A stretch of 63,631 nucleotides of DNA, filler included, from Octopus bimaculoides (GCF_001194135.2; 6 parts of 5 records of this genome joined end to end with filler, not necessarily neighbours in it), one strand, 5' to 3'. Positions 1 to 12,164 are shown, counted from the whole stretch's first letter. Notes: generated by a model not told the origin, from the letters alone. Translations and numbers: made by a program.

Positions 1-108
1 ATATATATATATTTGTATTTATAGATTTATACCAAAATTTGGTAAAAATATTGTATCTGTTATCAACGTAGCAAAATTCTCACATGTTAATCGTACAATT
101 TTGTATGC

Positions 109-196
109 ATATCAATTTAAATAAGAGCTAAAAGATGATCCATTGTAAAAACTTTATTACAATGGATCATCTTTTAGCTCTTATTTAAATTGATAT
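109..196. repeat. perfect 40-bp-arm inverted repeat, 8-nt spacer
   Basis: ATATCAATTTAAATAAGAGCTAAAAGATGATCCATTGTAA (109-148) and its exact reverse complement (157-196). Confidence 0.95.
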
Positions 197-1054
197 ATAT
201 ATATATATAATAGATCTTTAGTGTGTGACTAATGTATGTAAGCAATGTGGAAAGTTACCAATTTAGAGAGAGTGGTCACTAGTTTAAAGTATGAAAAATG
301 TTCGTGACTTGCTAACAAGTAGCAAGAGGTGTAACGGGTATATATGTGTGAGTCAGGTAAAGTGTTGTAACTTACTTTTGCACAAATGATTCTGTCGGAA
401 GCCGTTGTAAGCCAATAAGGATGAAGCTAGCTTAAACGACAATATACAGTTCATTATGAGGTAGAGTTGTGGCTGATGTCATCCAGACTTTCGAGGAGCG
501 AAGTTAGCATAAACGAATTAGGTTGTTCAGGAGGTGACAAGTCGAGAGCCGATATAGCTCCAAGTGAGTCACATGAAGTTATTGGTGAACACACAAAAAC
601 TGTTGCATGTTGGAAGAATAACTGTTGCTTCTATGTTGTCTTTTTGCCAGCTACTTAAAAACTGCGCTTCTCTGCTTGGGCAGAGCACTGCCATTTGTAT
701 TCCTATGCGTCCAGCCCTGATCAGTTGGAGAATGCCATAGCACAACTGTACTATGCCGCAACAACAAAACATATACCTTCCCTGACTCACTACAGATCAA
801 GCTGAGGTAGAATCAACAAAATAATTCTCCATCTAGTGAGAGATACGAGTAAATATCACTTTAAAAACACATCTAAAAAAGCTACTAACAGTTTCAGGTT
901 TCTATCATACTTGAACAGGCATATTTATGAAATACGCCATGTATCTCCAAGCAATCTTTCAGGCTTTGTTTATGTGTTATATATATTTAAAAAGGAAACA
1001 AAAACAAGGACGCTGGACAGTGAGAAAATAAGATAGGGGTGTTCAGGTAGAGTA

Positions 1055-1620
1055 AATATCTTGGTTTTATTTTATTTTCAAAAACAATAAGAAAGCGGCA
1101 GAAACCTTCATGGAGATATGCGTTGAGTACAAAGAGGATGCCATTACGGAACGTGTGTGCCAGAAGTAGTTTTTGAAGATTTCGATGAGGGAAATTTTTC
1201 GATTCAAGATGCATCGCGCTCCGGCTGGCCAGGAACTAGTTGATACCAACCTCTGTTATACGATTAGGATGATTGCAGATATTCTCCAAATATCCAAACC
1301 TTGTGTTGAAAACCATCCACATCAACTTGGTTACGTCAGCAGGCTCGCTGTTTTGATGGCACATAAATTGAATGAGGCTAACTTCTCCCAACGGATTTCC
1401 ATTCGTTGCAGAAACATGAAGAATATATTTTCTTTTGAAGAGAATGATGACAGAGGACGAAGAATGGATTGTCTATAACAATATGTAATACAAACGATCA
1501 TGGTGGAAGTGCGGTGAACCACCACAAACAATTTCCAAAACAGGACTTCATCCAAAGATTATGCTTTCAATTTAGTGGGATTAGAAAGGTGTTGTCTTTC
1601 ACGAGCTTCTTTCCACGGAC
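1055..1620 (+). mobile_element. mariner transposase relic (N-terminal HTH to first catalytic D region)
   Basis: Frameshifted FIFKNNKKAAETFMEICVEYKEDAITERVCQK*F, YTIRMIADILQISKPCVENH, LMAHKL (WVPHEL-like), EDEEWIVYNN, KRSWWKCGEPPQTISKTGLHPK, WD*KGVVFHELLP. Confidence 0.88.
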
Positions 1621-1624
1621 AAGC

Positions 1625-2150
1625 TAGAGAGCAGACTGTATATTTGTTTCTGTTGTAGCCAGTAACGTTGAATGGGATTATCTAAGCATGAGTAGCTAAC
1701 CTTGGCGTTATGGGCATTAAAGAGTTAGTAATACCTATGAGTTCTTGGGAATGATGTGTAATTAGAGACAGGAAATTTCTATCTACATCAGAGGATATAT
1801 CTACATTACCTACAACATTCTCTCTTTGCATTTGGAAGGTGGGGTCTTTCATATAAACTCACTGATCGCTAAAGCCACTTCATTCTAGTGCCTTGTTATA
1901 ATCTAGTGCAGCTCTATTTAAGATCTCATTTTACTGACAAGCTGAAGATTCTTCTTATATTTGTGATTAGGTTTCTAGTCAGAACTTGAAGAGGTTGGAA
2001 TTTTTATTGGCTATCATGTTTCTTCGCTAGGTTTTCAGTAGGGGGTTGTACCAGCCTGTCTTGAGGTCTAGGATGACACCTATGCTGTTTGATGGTATTA
2101 TGTATTGCTTGATACAGGATCTTCAAACTCACAGAATTTTAAGAAGAATA
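1625..2150 (-). mobile_element. Penelope-like element (PLE) RT-thumb/linker relic
   Basis: Frameshifted IGVILDLKTGWYNP, NRAALDYNKALE*SGF, RNFLSLITHH, AKVSYSCLDNP resemble the PLE motifs FLDVTLNL..G.YKP, KAAP.YN.AL..SG, FL.LIDKHF, KVSYSCM.N. Confidence 0.75.
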
Positions 2151-2182
2151 ATGTCAACGATTGGAATAAAACCGGCCAAGCA

Positions 2183-2337
2183 GGCGTAGGAGTAGCTGTG
2201 TGGTAAGTAGCTTGCTTACCAACCACATGGTTCCGGGTTCAGTCCCACTGCGTGGCACCTTGAGCAAGTGTCTCCTACTATAGCCTTGGGCCGACCAAAG
2301 CCTTGTGAGTTCATTTGGTAGTGAAAGAAGCCCGTCG

Positions 2338-2370
<33 letters not shown>

Positions 2371-2877
2371 NNNNNNNNNNNNNNNNNNNNNNNNNNNNNN
2401 NNNNNNNNNNNNNNNNNNNNNNNNNNNNNNNNNNNNNNNNNNNNNNNNNNNNNNNNNNNNNNNNNNNNNNNNNNNNNNNNNNNNNNNNNNNNNNNNNNNN
2501 NNNNNNNNNNNNNNNNNNNNNNNNNNNNNNNNNNNNNNNNNNNNNNNNNNNNNNNNNNNNNNNNNNNNNNNNNNNNNNNNNNNNNNNNNNNNNNNNNNNN
2601 NNNNNNNNNNNNNNNNNNNNNNNNNNNNNNNNNNNNNNNNNNNNNNNNNNNNNNNNNNNNNNNNNNNNNNNNNNNNNNNNNNNNNNNNNNNNNNNNNNNN
2701 NNNNNNNNNNNNNNNNNNNNNNNNNNNNTAACTTAGCGGTTCGGCAAAAGAGACCAATAGAATAAGTACTAGGCTTACAATGAATAAGTCCTGGGGTCGA
2801 TTTGCTCGACTGAAGGCGGTGCTCCAGCATGGCCACAGTCAAATGACTGAAACAAGTAAAAGGGTAAAAGAGAGTAA
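2183..2877 (+). mobile_element. tRNA-derived SINE family A (gap in the middle)
   Basis: Head GGCGTAGGAGTAGCTGTGTGGTAAG...GGTTCAGTCCC (pol III A/B-box-like), central microsatellite, tail ...GACTGAAACAAGTAAAAG. Many copies in the window. Confidence 0.9.
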
Positions 2878-3076
2878 AGCAGGTATATTTGCGGGTGGGG
2901 GAGAGAATGATGTGTTTGAACAGCAAGAGTTTGTTGAAGTGTGAAGTAGTAAAGAAAGGACGAGGAGAGACTGGTAATTGATTAGAGACAATTACAACAG
3001 CCATAGCAATAACGAAAGTTGCGTAAATTGTTAAAACTGGGCTAAGGGATAAATTTCCATTTTTCAGCAGATGGCA

Positions 3077-3262
3077 ATCATCATCATCATCATTTAACGC
3101 CCTCTTTCCATGTTGGCATGAGTTGAACGGTTTGACAGGAGCCAGAAGATTGCACCAAACTCTACTGGCTGCTTTGGAATGGTTTCGGCGGCTGGATGTC
3201 CTTCCTTAGGCCAACCACCTTACAGTGTATTGAGTGCTTTTTACGTGCTACCAGCACCAGTG
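3077..3262 (-). mobile_element. RTE-type 3' tail fragment ending in (GAT)n
   Basis: Same tail as 10645-11257 (gttggc.ttaggaagggcatccagc...gcatggaaa...gttaaatgatgatgat). The RTE assignment is inference. Confidence 0.7.
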
Positions 3263-3960
3263 GGGTGACCAGGTAACATGCAATACTACCTCCTCACACG
3301 AGGTGGGGTGAGTGAACTGAGGGAGGTAACTCTGTGACAGGTTATGAGGCGTCAGACTATGGTAAAGGGACAGAAACAGGTGTCTTGCTGTTGAGAAGAT
3401 ACATGGTTACCTCAGTTGGAGAGAGAAGAGAGGAAGAGAGAGAGAGAGGAGGAAGAGGGAGAGGAGGAGGAGAGAGAGAGAGGAGGAGGAGAGAGAGGAA
3501 GAGACATGGTGAAGAATTTAAAAAACTGTCAGAAGAGCTGGAAAAGTAATCGATGTAAATAGTACTTATGTGAATGTAGTCCAAGATGGACATAGACAAC
3601 TTAGGATGCTACAATTTCTTGGTAGCCTACCTCAAAATTGGTGGACCATGAGGAGTTTATCTGAAATACTTCTGTTGCCCAGATCAGATGATGTTGAGTT
3701 GATGAAAGCGAAAAGGAAGTTTCAAATTAGATTGATAAACTGATCTACACTGTTGGACCCGACAATGGCCAAAGCAGGATTATTACAAAATGGGTTTGTA
3801 TAGACATGTAGCTCCTTTAGAGCAACAAACCTGTGCTGGCACCTTTTGTACTTTTACCTTCTCATCTCCTAACATAAAGCCACTTTCCTCTCTCCTGTGG
3901 TCATCCCACTCAGTTAAATGAAGAAATCTTAGTCTTGCGAGCTGAATGCTGGTACTATGC

Positions 3961-3987
<27 letters not shown>

Positions 3988-3992
<5 letters not shown>

Positions 3993-4165
3993 CCCAACAC
4001 ACTCTATGAAGTGGTTGGCACCAGGAAGGGCAGCTGGCCCAGAGGAAAAAAAAAATCGAGTCAAAGGAGACATAGTATGATGCAGTTCTTGAACCCATCG
4101 GTTTGCTATCAAACCATCTAACCCAGGGCAGCAAGGAACATGGATGTTAAAAGATGATGATGATG
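3988..4165 (+). mobile_element. RTE-type 3' tail fragment
   Basis: gcacccaacacactctatgaagtggttggcaccaggaagggcagctggcc...gatgttaaaagatgatgatgat. Confidence 0.7.
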
Positions 4166-4344
4166 AAAAAATTGTCGAAGGTAAATGAGGTCATAAGAAA
4201 ATGAGATGCCAAAGGAATAAATAATTATCTTATGAATAACTTCATTAGCTTACAGACGTTTCTACTATAAGATGCAGTGGACTCATCGTTGGGTGCCAGA
4301 GTAACACCTAATAGCTTCATTATTGTAAAGCATATATATATACA

Positions 4345-4378
<34 letters not shown>

Positions 4379-5123
4379 TAAAGCGAGAGAGAGAGAGAGA
4401 GTTCTACACTAGGTTGTTATTCTTGCAATGCCTAAGTGAAATATTAAAATGGTAAATAAGTTTATGAAGTTAAGATTTGTAACCAGAGAAATTCAAGATG
4501 ATAACATTGGATCTGTAAAGACTGATTCCTCCTTTACAGCAAGAAGTGTTTTAGACTCAATTTCACTGGATTTGTCTCAAATGGATGGTTCTACAAATCT
4601 CTAGAAATTAAGACAACTTTCCTTAAAAATAGACAGGTCTTTTTTAAAATTTTTATTACAACCTTAGGTTAATCATGACAAAAGGAAACTTAAAACTCTG
4701 TACGGTTTGGTGTTTTAAGGTCCTGGTATCTTACAGTAAAGAATGAGTTATTTATCCATTTTGTTACCATATTTCTGCTGAATTACACTGCTTTTTGCAT
4801 CAATTTTGAAAACAAAGGAAAACTTCAGAAAATATCTTTGTCATTATTGAAGTGGTTGCTTAAAACATAAATTGGACATGACATTTTGATGGTTTTAATT
4901 AAGATTGCATCAAAGCAGGAAAAATTTATACAAGAACCAGGGGCAGTCTAAGCAGATTGGTATCAGAAGAATTCAATTAGGAGTGGAGATGTGTAAACAT
5001 GATCAAACGATTTTCATTTTGTATCATAGAAGTAAGTTATATGGAGTTATTTCAGAACATGTGGATGGTTGATGATGGTGACCTAAGATTTTTAGAGTTC
5101 TGTTATTGACAAAATTAAATCTA

Positions 5124-5992
5124 TTAGGTTGTTCAGAAAATATTGTCCGATTTTCCAAATTTGATTTAAGATGTTATTTTTGTAGTTTTAGACAAAATTT
5201 TACAAGCTTAATAATTGATGTGTTCTTTTTAGTAAATTTTTATCAATTTCTTTCAGAATATAATTTTGAAACATAGAAATCCTTGAAAAAAATGCATTTA
5301 CCTTTTTTTGTATGAATTCAAGCTTGGACACAATGCTTCCCCAAACAGCTGCCAATATCAATAGAGCATGGGGTGAATGGTCCACTAGTGATTGGACAGT
5401 ATGACAGTGGTTTGAGAGATTTCCTTACGGGGCTGAGAGCCTTGAAGATCAACAAGGTAAAGGACGCCCACCCACCTTTGATGATCAACATTTGAAAACA
5501 ATAAACGAACAAAACCCACGACAAAGTGTCAGAGAAATGTCTCAATATGCTTGGTGTCTGCAAGCAACTGGAAGAAATTCATGTTCACCTGAGCAATACA
5601 AGACCTGCACTTGTTAGTCGATGTGGTCCAATTCTGCTCCATGACAACACTCAACCACACATTTCCAGGATGAAAGACTTGCAATATGAGACTTTACCAT
5701 ATCCTCCTGATCTTTCACTCACCGACTTACGATTTTTTCAAGCATCTAGACACTTGAGGCAAAAAAAAACTTTCAGTTCCAAAACGAAGGATGAAACTGA
5801 ATTCAAGGATTTCTTGGTATCAAAACCTTTCGATTTTTATCGAAGAGACATAGATGACCTTGTTAATCCATGGGAGAAATGCATAGCTGTTCACAGATTA
5901 TTATTTTGAATAATTAAACCTTTGTACGAGTTCAGTTTTTCAAGAATATAGGCTTATTTTCAAAATTGGCCATTATTTTCTGAACAACCTAA
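5124..5992 (+). mobile_element. internally deleted mariner element with TIRs
   Basis: TIRs TTAGGTTGTTCAGAAAAT / ATTTTCTGAACAACCTAA, TA on the left (CA on the right). Relics GRPPTFDD, NPRQSVREM, PILLHDNTQPH, YETLPYPPDLSLTD, WEKCIA. Confidence 0.92.
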
Positions 5993-6180
5993 CATCTTTG
6001 CTGTAAAGTTAGAAGAATCCTCCAAGATTAAACAATTCTAGTATATTGTGCAAAAAGGAGATATTTATCCACCAGGACAAGCATGTGACACATAATTTGA
6101 AGTTTATTCCTGTTTCAGCTTCAAATATAGGAACAAAAGAAACTCTTCTATATTTATGAGGAATTATTTACATTTGATGG

Positions 6181-6408
6181 ATATTGTCTTCATCTTGTTT
6201 GTTGATAACACAACGTTTCAGTTGATATACCCTCCAGCCTTCATCAGGTATCTTGGGAAAATTTCGAACCTGAATAATAATAATAATATTGAAAAATACC
6301 TTAGGAATGAGAACCCAGGTTCGAAATTTCCCCAAGACACCTGATGAAGGCTGGAGGGTATATCAGCCAAAACGTTGCATTAACAACAAACAAGATGAGG
6401 ACAAATAT
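6181..6408. repeat. ~92-bp-arm inverted repeat, each arm carrying a hammerhead-like motif (probable PLE terminus)
   Basis: Arms 6181-6272 and 6316-6408, about 85-90% identical by eye. CTGATGA...GAAAC core with a GGCTG/CAGCC stem. Confidence 0.85.
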
Positions 6409-7119
6409 CAGTCAAATGTAAATAATGTAACAGAAACTCTTGTTATGTAGAAAAAAACTGCAGTGAGACAAGTTGACCCTTTTAACACCAATCTATTTGA
6501 TGCTGCCCCCTGGTTCTATTATACAAATTTCCTGTTTTAAAAATTATCTAAATAAAAATCTCCCTTCAAAATTTCGTGATCCTTTAAGTTCCAAACACCA
6601 GTTGCAGAATGAGAGTTATTCTATGAAATTCTTCGGTATTTTCAAAGTTAACTGAAACAAAAGCAGTTTGTTTCAACAGAAATGGATTGTCATACACACA
6701 AGACCAGACCTTGGATTTGATGAGAGTGAATTTAGTTCATTTATGAAAATGGATTGGCTGGGGCGACAGACAGAGTGTATGAGACAAGCCAACAAAATCC
6801 TTAAAATTGCTAGGCTTCAAAATTTCTATCTCCCTACAGTAACACTCACCTTTAAATATATATATATATATAAATGAAACATTCAAACACTGAGATTTGA
6901 AGTTAGATGTCACTAGTGTTCATATCATCTGTGGATAAATTCTAAATCTGATGATATCACCAGTAGTGACATGGGTGGATTGCAGTTATAATAGCTTTAA
7001 ACAGCTATGAATTATAAATTTGCACGAAGCGTAATGATGCTTAATAAGCATCTACCTGCTAGAAATAAGAGCTAAGTCTTAAATTAATCCACCGCATATA
7101 TATATATATATATATAACC

Positions 7120-7305
7120 TTTAACTGGGCTGTCAGAGTGCGACCATGCTGGAGCATTACCTTGAAGAACTTAGTCAAATGAATCGCACCCTTACTTAAT
7201 TTTTTAGCTAAACATGGTGCTATTCTATCAATCTCTTTTGCCAAACCACTAAGTTGCGGGGACGTAAACACACCAACACCGGCCGGTTACCAAGCAGTGA
7301 TGGGA
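7120..7305 (-). mobile_element. SINE family A, 3' half
   Basis: Reverse complement of the family A tail (cttagtggtttggcaaaagagattgatagaatag...gctccagcatggtcgca). Confidence 0.75.
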
Positions 7306-8079
7306 CACACACACACACACATATCTGGGAGAAGAGTTACTTGGCTGATTTAACCATTTAGCATTCAGATTACTCTCTTCAGTAAAATGCTCAATTTATT
7401 CACATTGTTTTGAAATAATCCCGCATTAACTTGTAGCTCTGAGATTTCGACAATTTAATTGTATAGTTTAAGAATGACATTGTAGGGTAGGTGTGAGAGT
7501 GCAGGCCTGGCTGGTTTGAGCATAAAACAAAATATTTGGGCTGGAACTGGTCATTAAGGGTTAAAGTGAGTCACCCACCAATAACCTCTATGCTCTCTTC
7601 CCAGAGCTGCAGCTCCTCTCCAAATGTCACCCTGCTATTATTTTCTTACATCAATTACATCCATCAGTCTCACCAAATCTAGAATAGCTGGAAAAGATCA
7701 TATTACTGCTGGTCCTCTGTCTTAAAAAATAACCAAACAAAAATACCAACCCCATGCTCTTGGTTTGGTCATGAGTGCAGTGTAGGTGAAGACCCTGTAA
7801 TTGAGAAGAGTCTTAAAAAGAGGGTTTCTGTGGCTGAATGGTCTCTCTCTAGCTTTCTGAGGTCACTTAATGGACATTTAGTTTTAATCTAAGTTTGACA
7901 TTAGGTCCAGCAATGGTAGAAATTGCATCACTCGGCTCAACAATAAAACTTGCAGTTTCACCATATTGGTTCTTACAACTATAGTGCAATGTCAAGACAA
8001 GGAAACATCATCTGTGTGTGGTGTAACACACATATATATAATATATGACGGATTCTCCTGTCAAAGACGATGAACAACC

Positions 8080-8276
8080 TGCATAAATGATCTGCTTATA
8101 GTGATCAAATTGGTGTTGTCTGAACAGGTGTGCTGTGTGGCATACGTCAAGTGCCAAAGTGATCACAGAACGTGAGATTAAGTGTTTTGCTCAAGAACAC
8201 AACGCACCACCCATTCGAAGAATTGAAACCAAGATCTCACAGTCATGAGTACAACACCCTAACTATTAAGCCATGA
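8080..8276 (-). mobile_element. SINE family C (V-domain-like)
   Basis: Minus strand reads tRNA-like head + gtgttcttgagcaaaacacttaatctcac. Confidence 0.65.
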
Positions 8277-8312
8277 GCCCTCACATTTATATATTTGGTG
8301 GGGGGGTGGGGG

Positions 8313-8530
8313 GCATGGTTGTGTGGTTAAAAATTTTGTTTCCCAATGACATGATTTCTGGTTCAGGACCATTGCATGGCATCTTGGGCAAGTATCTTCT
8401 ACTATAATCATGGACCAATGAAAGCCTTGTGAGTGGATTTGGTAGACAGAAACTGAAAGAAGCCCATCGCGTGTGTGTGTGTGTCCACCACCCCCTTGTC
8501 TTGACAAAGTGTGATAGTTGTAAATAAACA
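8313..8530 (+). mobile_element. SINE family A, decayed
   Basis: ggcatggttgtgtggttaaa...ggcatcttgggcaagtatcttctactata...gaaactgaaagaagccc. Confidence 0.75.
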
Positions 8531-10048
8531 TCACTGTCATAAGCAGTGTCTTTTGTTTTCAATCTTCCACAGAAACATGTCTGGCCATGGGGTAATATTA
8601 TCTTACTTGGAAACAGATAACAGAAAGGGCATCTGGCCATAGAAAAATCTGCCTCAGGAAATTCTGTCCGACCCCAGCAAACATGGAAAAATGGAAGAGT
8701 GGATGTTCAAATGCCATCAACAATGATGACGATAGATAAGATTCTCAGAGCATGAAATACAGAGTGACTTAGCCATTGTCATAGAAAGACTGTTCCTTAT
8801 GTTCTTGGGAACAAACTTTAATTCAAGGTAAATTAGGTTACAAGTTAACCACCCAACAGAGATCAGACAATGTTATTTAATAAGAGATTAATTAAACAGA
8901 CTGTGTAATTATATTTTAAAATATTTACTAAAAACTCATCAGAAATCTTTGTTGTTTTTCTTTTCGTTTTTTTTTTCTTTAAAAAAACCCACTCAATTTT
9001 GTAAACACAACAATAGAATATATTTTAATATGTTTTAATAATCAAGCAAAAATATTTTAGTGCTTCATTCTGAAATTAATTTCGGATATAGAAGCCCCAT
9101 TGGTTTGACGACAGGAACATTTAATCCAAACTGATGAAGAATGTTTTGGTTTTTCATTTTTCTTTTCTTTTTTTTTTTTTGTAGAAACATTAGGCATCAA
9201 TAATAATAATAATAATAATAGTAATAAAAAAAAAAGCAACATGCATCCTCAAGAAACAGTTCTGGCAAAATGTCCACTGACTGAGTCAATAAAAAATAAA
9301 ATCACTTAGTAGCAGCAATGTTACATGTTCTTTGAAATAAATTACAAAACAAAACTTGTCGGAAAGACCTAAACAGAAAAGGAACTTTCTTCTTGACAAA
9401 AAAAAATTGGTTGGAGAAAATATTTGTTTTAATAAATTATTTAATCCAAGATCATTAAAACAAAATGTTTTCAATAAAAATTAATACCAGAAGAAACTGA
9501 AGACTTAGTCTTATTCTCTGAATTCCAGAATTCCAATGTTTAACCAAAATGGAACTAATTCTTCAGCATATATAATCGTATTTCTAGGATTATCTTGTCA
9601 GCTATCTTAGTCTTAAACACTGGTTTAACATATTTTCACTGAGAAGGTGTCAAATTAAATGCTTCATTTTCTGAAGGTATCAACCAACATAATAGTAAGC
9701 AAAGCATAATTTCCCCTCAGAAAAACTTAACATTTATATATATTAACATATATCATTATTATTATTATTATCATTATATTACTTACATAATTATCGCAAC
9801 AAAACTTCCAAAAAAAAAAAAAAAAAAAAAATACACCTGCAACTTAGTCCATACAAAATATAAGTAATAAGTTAATTTAGTTGATTAGTGAGAAACTTGT
9901 TCCAAGTGGTCACAGCCAAGATCATAAAGCTATCATCAACTTTACAGGGAAGAGTAACATTACCTTACAGATGGAATCATTAATACTTAGGTGGAAACCT
10001 GCGAGAGACAACATAATTTAAACATAGAAATTACTGTTATAGTACTCT

Positions 10049-10054
10049 TTTATT
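10049..10054 (-). terminator. candidate polyadenylation signal (AATAAA) for UBR4
   Basis: TTTATT on + is AATAAA on -, about 83 nt after the stop, with T-rich sequence downstream. Not validated; the UTR may be longer. Confidence 0.35.
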
Positions 10055-10136
10055 GTACAAATAGGCAATGTGTGAAAGTTGCCAGAAAGTGATCACCAAA
10101 TCTTTTTCCCCCAAAGAAAAAGTGACAGAGAAACAT

Positions 10137-10237
10137 TTAGTGGGATGTTGCTGAAGATCTGTTAGTAGAAGGTGTAGTAAAAGAAGATAAAAGATTCGTG
10201 AAGAACTGTTCAGGATTGGGAACATCTTCTAAGAGAC
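10137..10237 (-). CDS. UBR4: UBR4 terminal coding exon: (G)LLEDVPNPEQFFTNLLSSFTTPSTNRSSATSH*
   Basis: Acceptor atttgcag|, phase 1 completes Gly, TAA at 10139-10137. Matches the UBR4 C-terminus GLLSEITDPESFLKDLLNSVP. Confidence 0.95.
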
Positions 10238-10644
10238 CTGCAAATACAATTAAAATTCAGTGTGTTTATTATGGAATTAGAATGAATAAATATATATAAG
10301 TAAAATTATAAAAAGGGCAAAAGAGATCCACTTAAATTATTGCTCCATCACCACAAGGTTTATAGACCATTTGGGGCCTCTTTCTAGCAGACAGGCATTG
10401 TCATTTTTCATTGTGCTTATCATAATTATACTTCAATACAAATGAAATATTATGGTACTATTAGTACGCTGGCCACTGATAAATCGTTAAATAATGACTT
10501 TATCCTAATTATAATATATATACGTCATACATATATCATCATACATATATACATATCATCATACATACATATATACATACATATATATATCTACATACAT
10601 ATATGCAATCATACATACATACATATATATCATCATACATGTGC

Positions 10645-11257
10645 GTGAGAAGACCCGGCAAGCCAAGTGAGACCAAAATCCAAGGCCTCTGCCAGGGATG
10701 TAGCCAGCCCACTTATGCGTACCATTCCTTCATTGNNNNNNNNNNAGCCAGCCCACTTATGCGTACCATTCCTTCATTGGACACTAAACTCCGCTTGCGA
10801 AGACCTGTTGAGGCAAGTGAAATCGAAATTGAACTAAATTTCACGACTGGCACCCGTGCTAACGTCTCTTTCATTGAACACTAAACTCGTCTTATGAAGA
10901 CCTGTTGGGGCAAGCGAAAGCGAAATTGTGATGGCACCTGTGCCAGTGGAGCATTAAGAGCACCGTCTGAGCGTGATCGTTGCCAGAGCACCAGCTGTCT
11001 GGCTTCCGTGCCAGAGGCACGTAAATAGCACTATTTGAGCGTGATCGTTGCCAGTACCGCCTGACTGGCCTTCGTGCAGGTGACACGTAAAAGCACCCAC
11101 TACACTCTCAGAGTGGTTGGCGTTAGGAAGGACATCCAGCTGTAGAAACTCTGCCAAATCAGATTGGAGCCTGGTGTAGCCACCTGGTTCACCAGTCCTC
11201 AGTCAAATCGTTCAACCCATGCTAGTATGGAAAGCGGACGTTAAACGATGATGATGA
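10645..11257 (+). mobile_element. non-autonomous retroelement with internal duplications and RTE-type (GAT)n tail (last UBR4 intron)
   Basis: Duplicated cttcattg(g/a)acactaaactc..gaagacctgttg blocks, duplicated gagcgtgatcgttgccag blocks, tail ggaaagcggacgttaaacgatgatgatgat. Confidence 0.75.
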
Positions 11258-11265
11258 TATATATA

Positions 11266-11482
11266 TAAGGGGGTGCTGAAAGGTTCCTGGCTTTGGGAAA
11301 AAGAAAATACAGAAGGATCGGTTAATAATAATTTTATTCAACATATTCCCCTCTCAGAGTCACACACTTATTGCAACGGTCCTTCAATTTTTCTAAGCCC
11401 TGTAAACGAACTCATAAGGTTAGGCCTCCAACCAGGCCTTTTGTGATACTCTTAAAGCCAGAAACTTTCTAGCATCTCCTCA
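11266..11482. mobile_element. mariner-type MITE (UBR4 intron)
   Basis: Imperfect TIRs gggggtgctgaaaggttcctggcttt / aaagccagaaactttctagcatctcct; TA at both ends. Confidence 0.75.
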
Positions 11483-11689
11483 TATGCACACACACACACA
11501 CACACACACAAATATAACAGAAACAACAATATTTAAGTAAGTAACTGAACAGTTTTCCAAATTTTCAAAACTGATTCATTAGCATTCACGGAAAGTTTAA
11601 TAATGGTGACATCTGATAGAAGCCTATATAGAGGAAATGCCTGACAAACTCTATCTCCATGACCCTCCCAGAAATAGTGGGCAGACAAA

Positions 11690-11830
11690 AATGGATAATT
11701 GGCTCAGGAAGCTTGCTTCCCAGCTACATGGTTTTAGGTTCAATCCCACCGCGTGGCACCTTGGGCAAGTGTCTTCTGCTATGGCTCCAGGCTGACTGAA
11801 GATTTGTAATTGAATTTGGTAGGCGGAAGT
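11690..11830 (+). mobile_element. SINE family A head, decayed (UBR4 intron)
   Basis: ggttcaatcccaccgcgtggcaccttgggcaagtgtcttctgctat. Confidence 0.75.
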
Positions 11831-11861
11831 TACTGCCGCATGTGTAAGTGCTTGTGCCTCT

Positions 11862-11895
<34 letters not shown>

Positions 11896-12004
11896 GTTCA
11901 CAGGTTCAACAACAATTATTCCATCAGATTACCTGACCGGAAAAACAAAAACACGAAAGAAAATTATCAAGGAATAGAAATAAAAAAATATAGAACTCTC
12001 TTAC

Positions 12005-12164
12005 CAAATACATCAAAGAATTCCATGATAGATTCACAGGGCAACATTTCTTGTTCATAACTAGCAACTAATCGATCACAAGTTTCAAGAAGAGACTTAT
12101 CAGTGTGCCTGATGTGTTCTGCAATTGCTGAGCTCCAGGAACCATCATTCCCGACTGTTACTTT
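12005..12164 (-). CDS. UBR4: UBR4 penultimate coding exon: KVTVGNDGSWSSAIAEHIRHTDKSLLETCDRLVASYEQEMLPCESIMEFFDVF(G)
   Basis: Acceptor tttcag|, donor |gtaaga, 160 nt. Matches UBR4 GWSCSLAEYIRHNDMPIYEAADKALKTFQEEFMPVETFSEFLDVAG. Confidence 0.96.

Noticed and set aside
378-790. Overlapping short ORFs on both strands and a GTAAGT donor near 377 (-)
   Set aside because: No recognisable motif; could not be built into a gene model.
2183-2260. tRNA genes at SINE heads (also 13483, 24835, 41668, 45088)
   Set aside because: A/B-box-like heads continue into SINE bodies; no complete cloverleaf.
3831-3954. Minus-strand exon candidate TSIQLARLRFLHLTEWDDHRREESGFMLGDEKVKVQKVPAQ
   Set aside because: Its pyrimidine tract comes from the poly-A beside a retroelement tail; no recognisable homologue, no convincing partner exons, and it lies past the UBR4 stop.
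10700-10790. Tandem duplications flanking 10-12-N gaps (also 13710-14090, 43545-43620, 55080-55135)
   Set aside because: The same sequence sits on both sides of a tiny gap, typical of unmerged contig overlaps.
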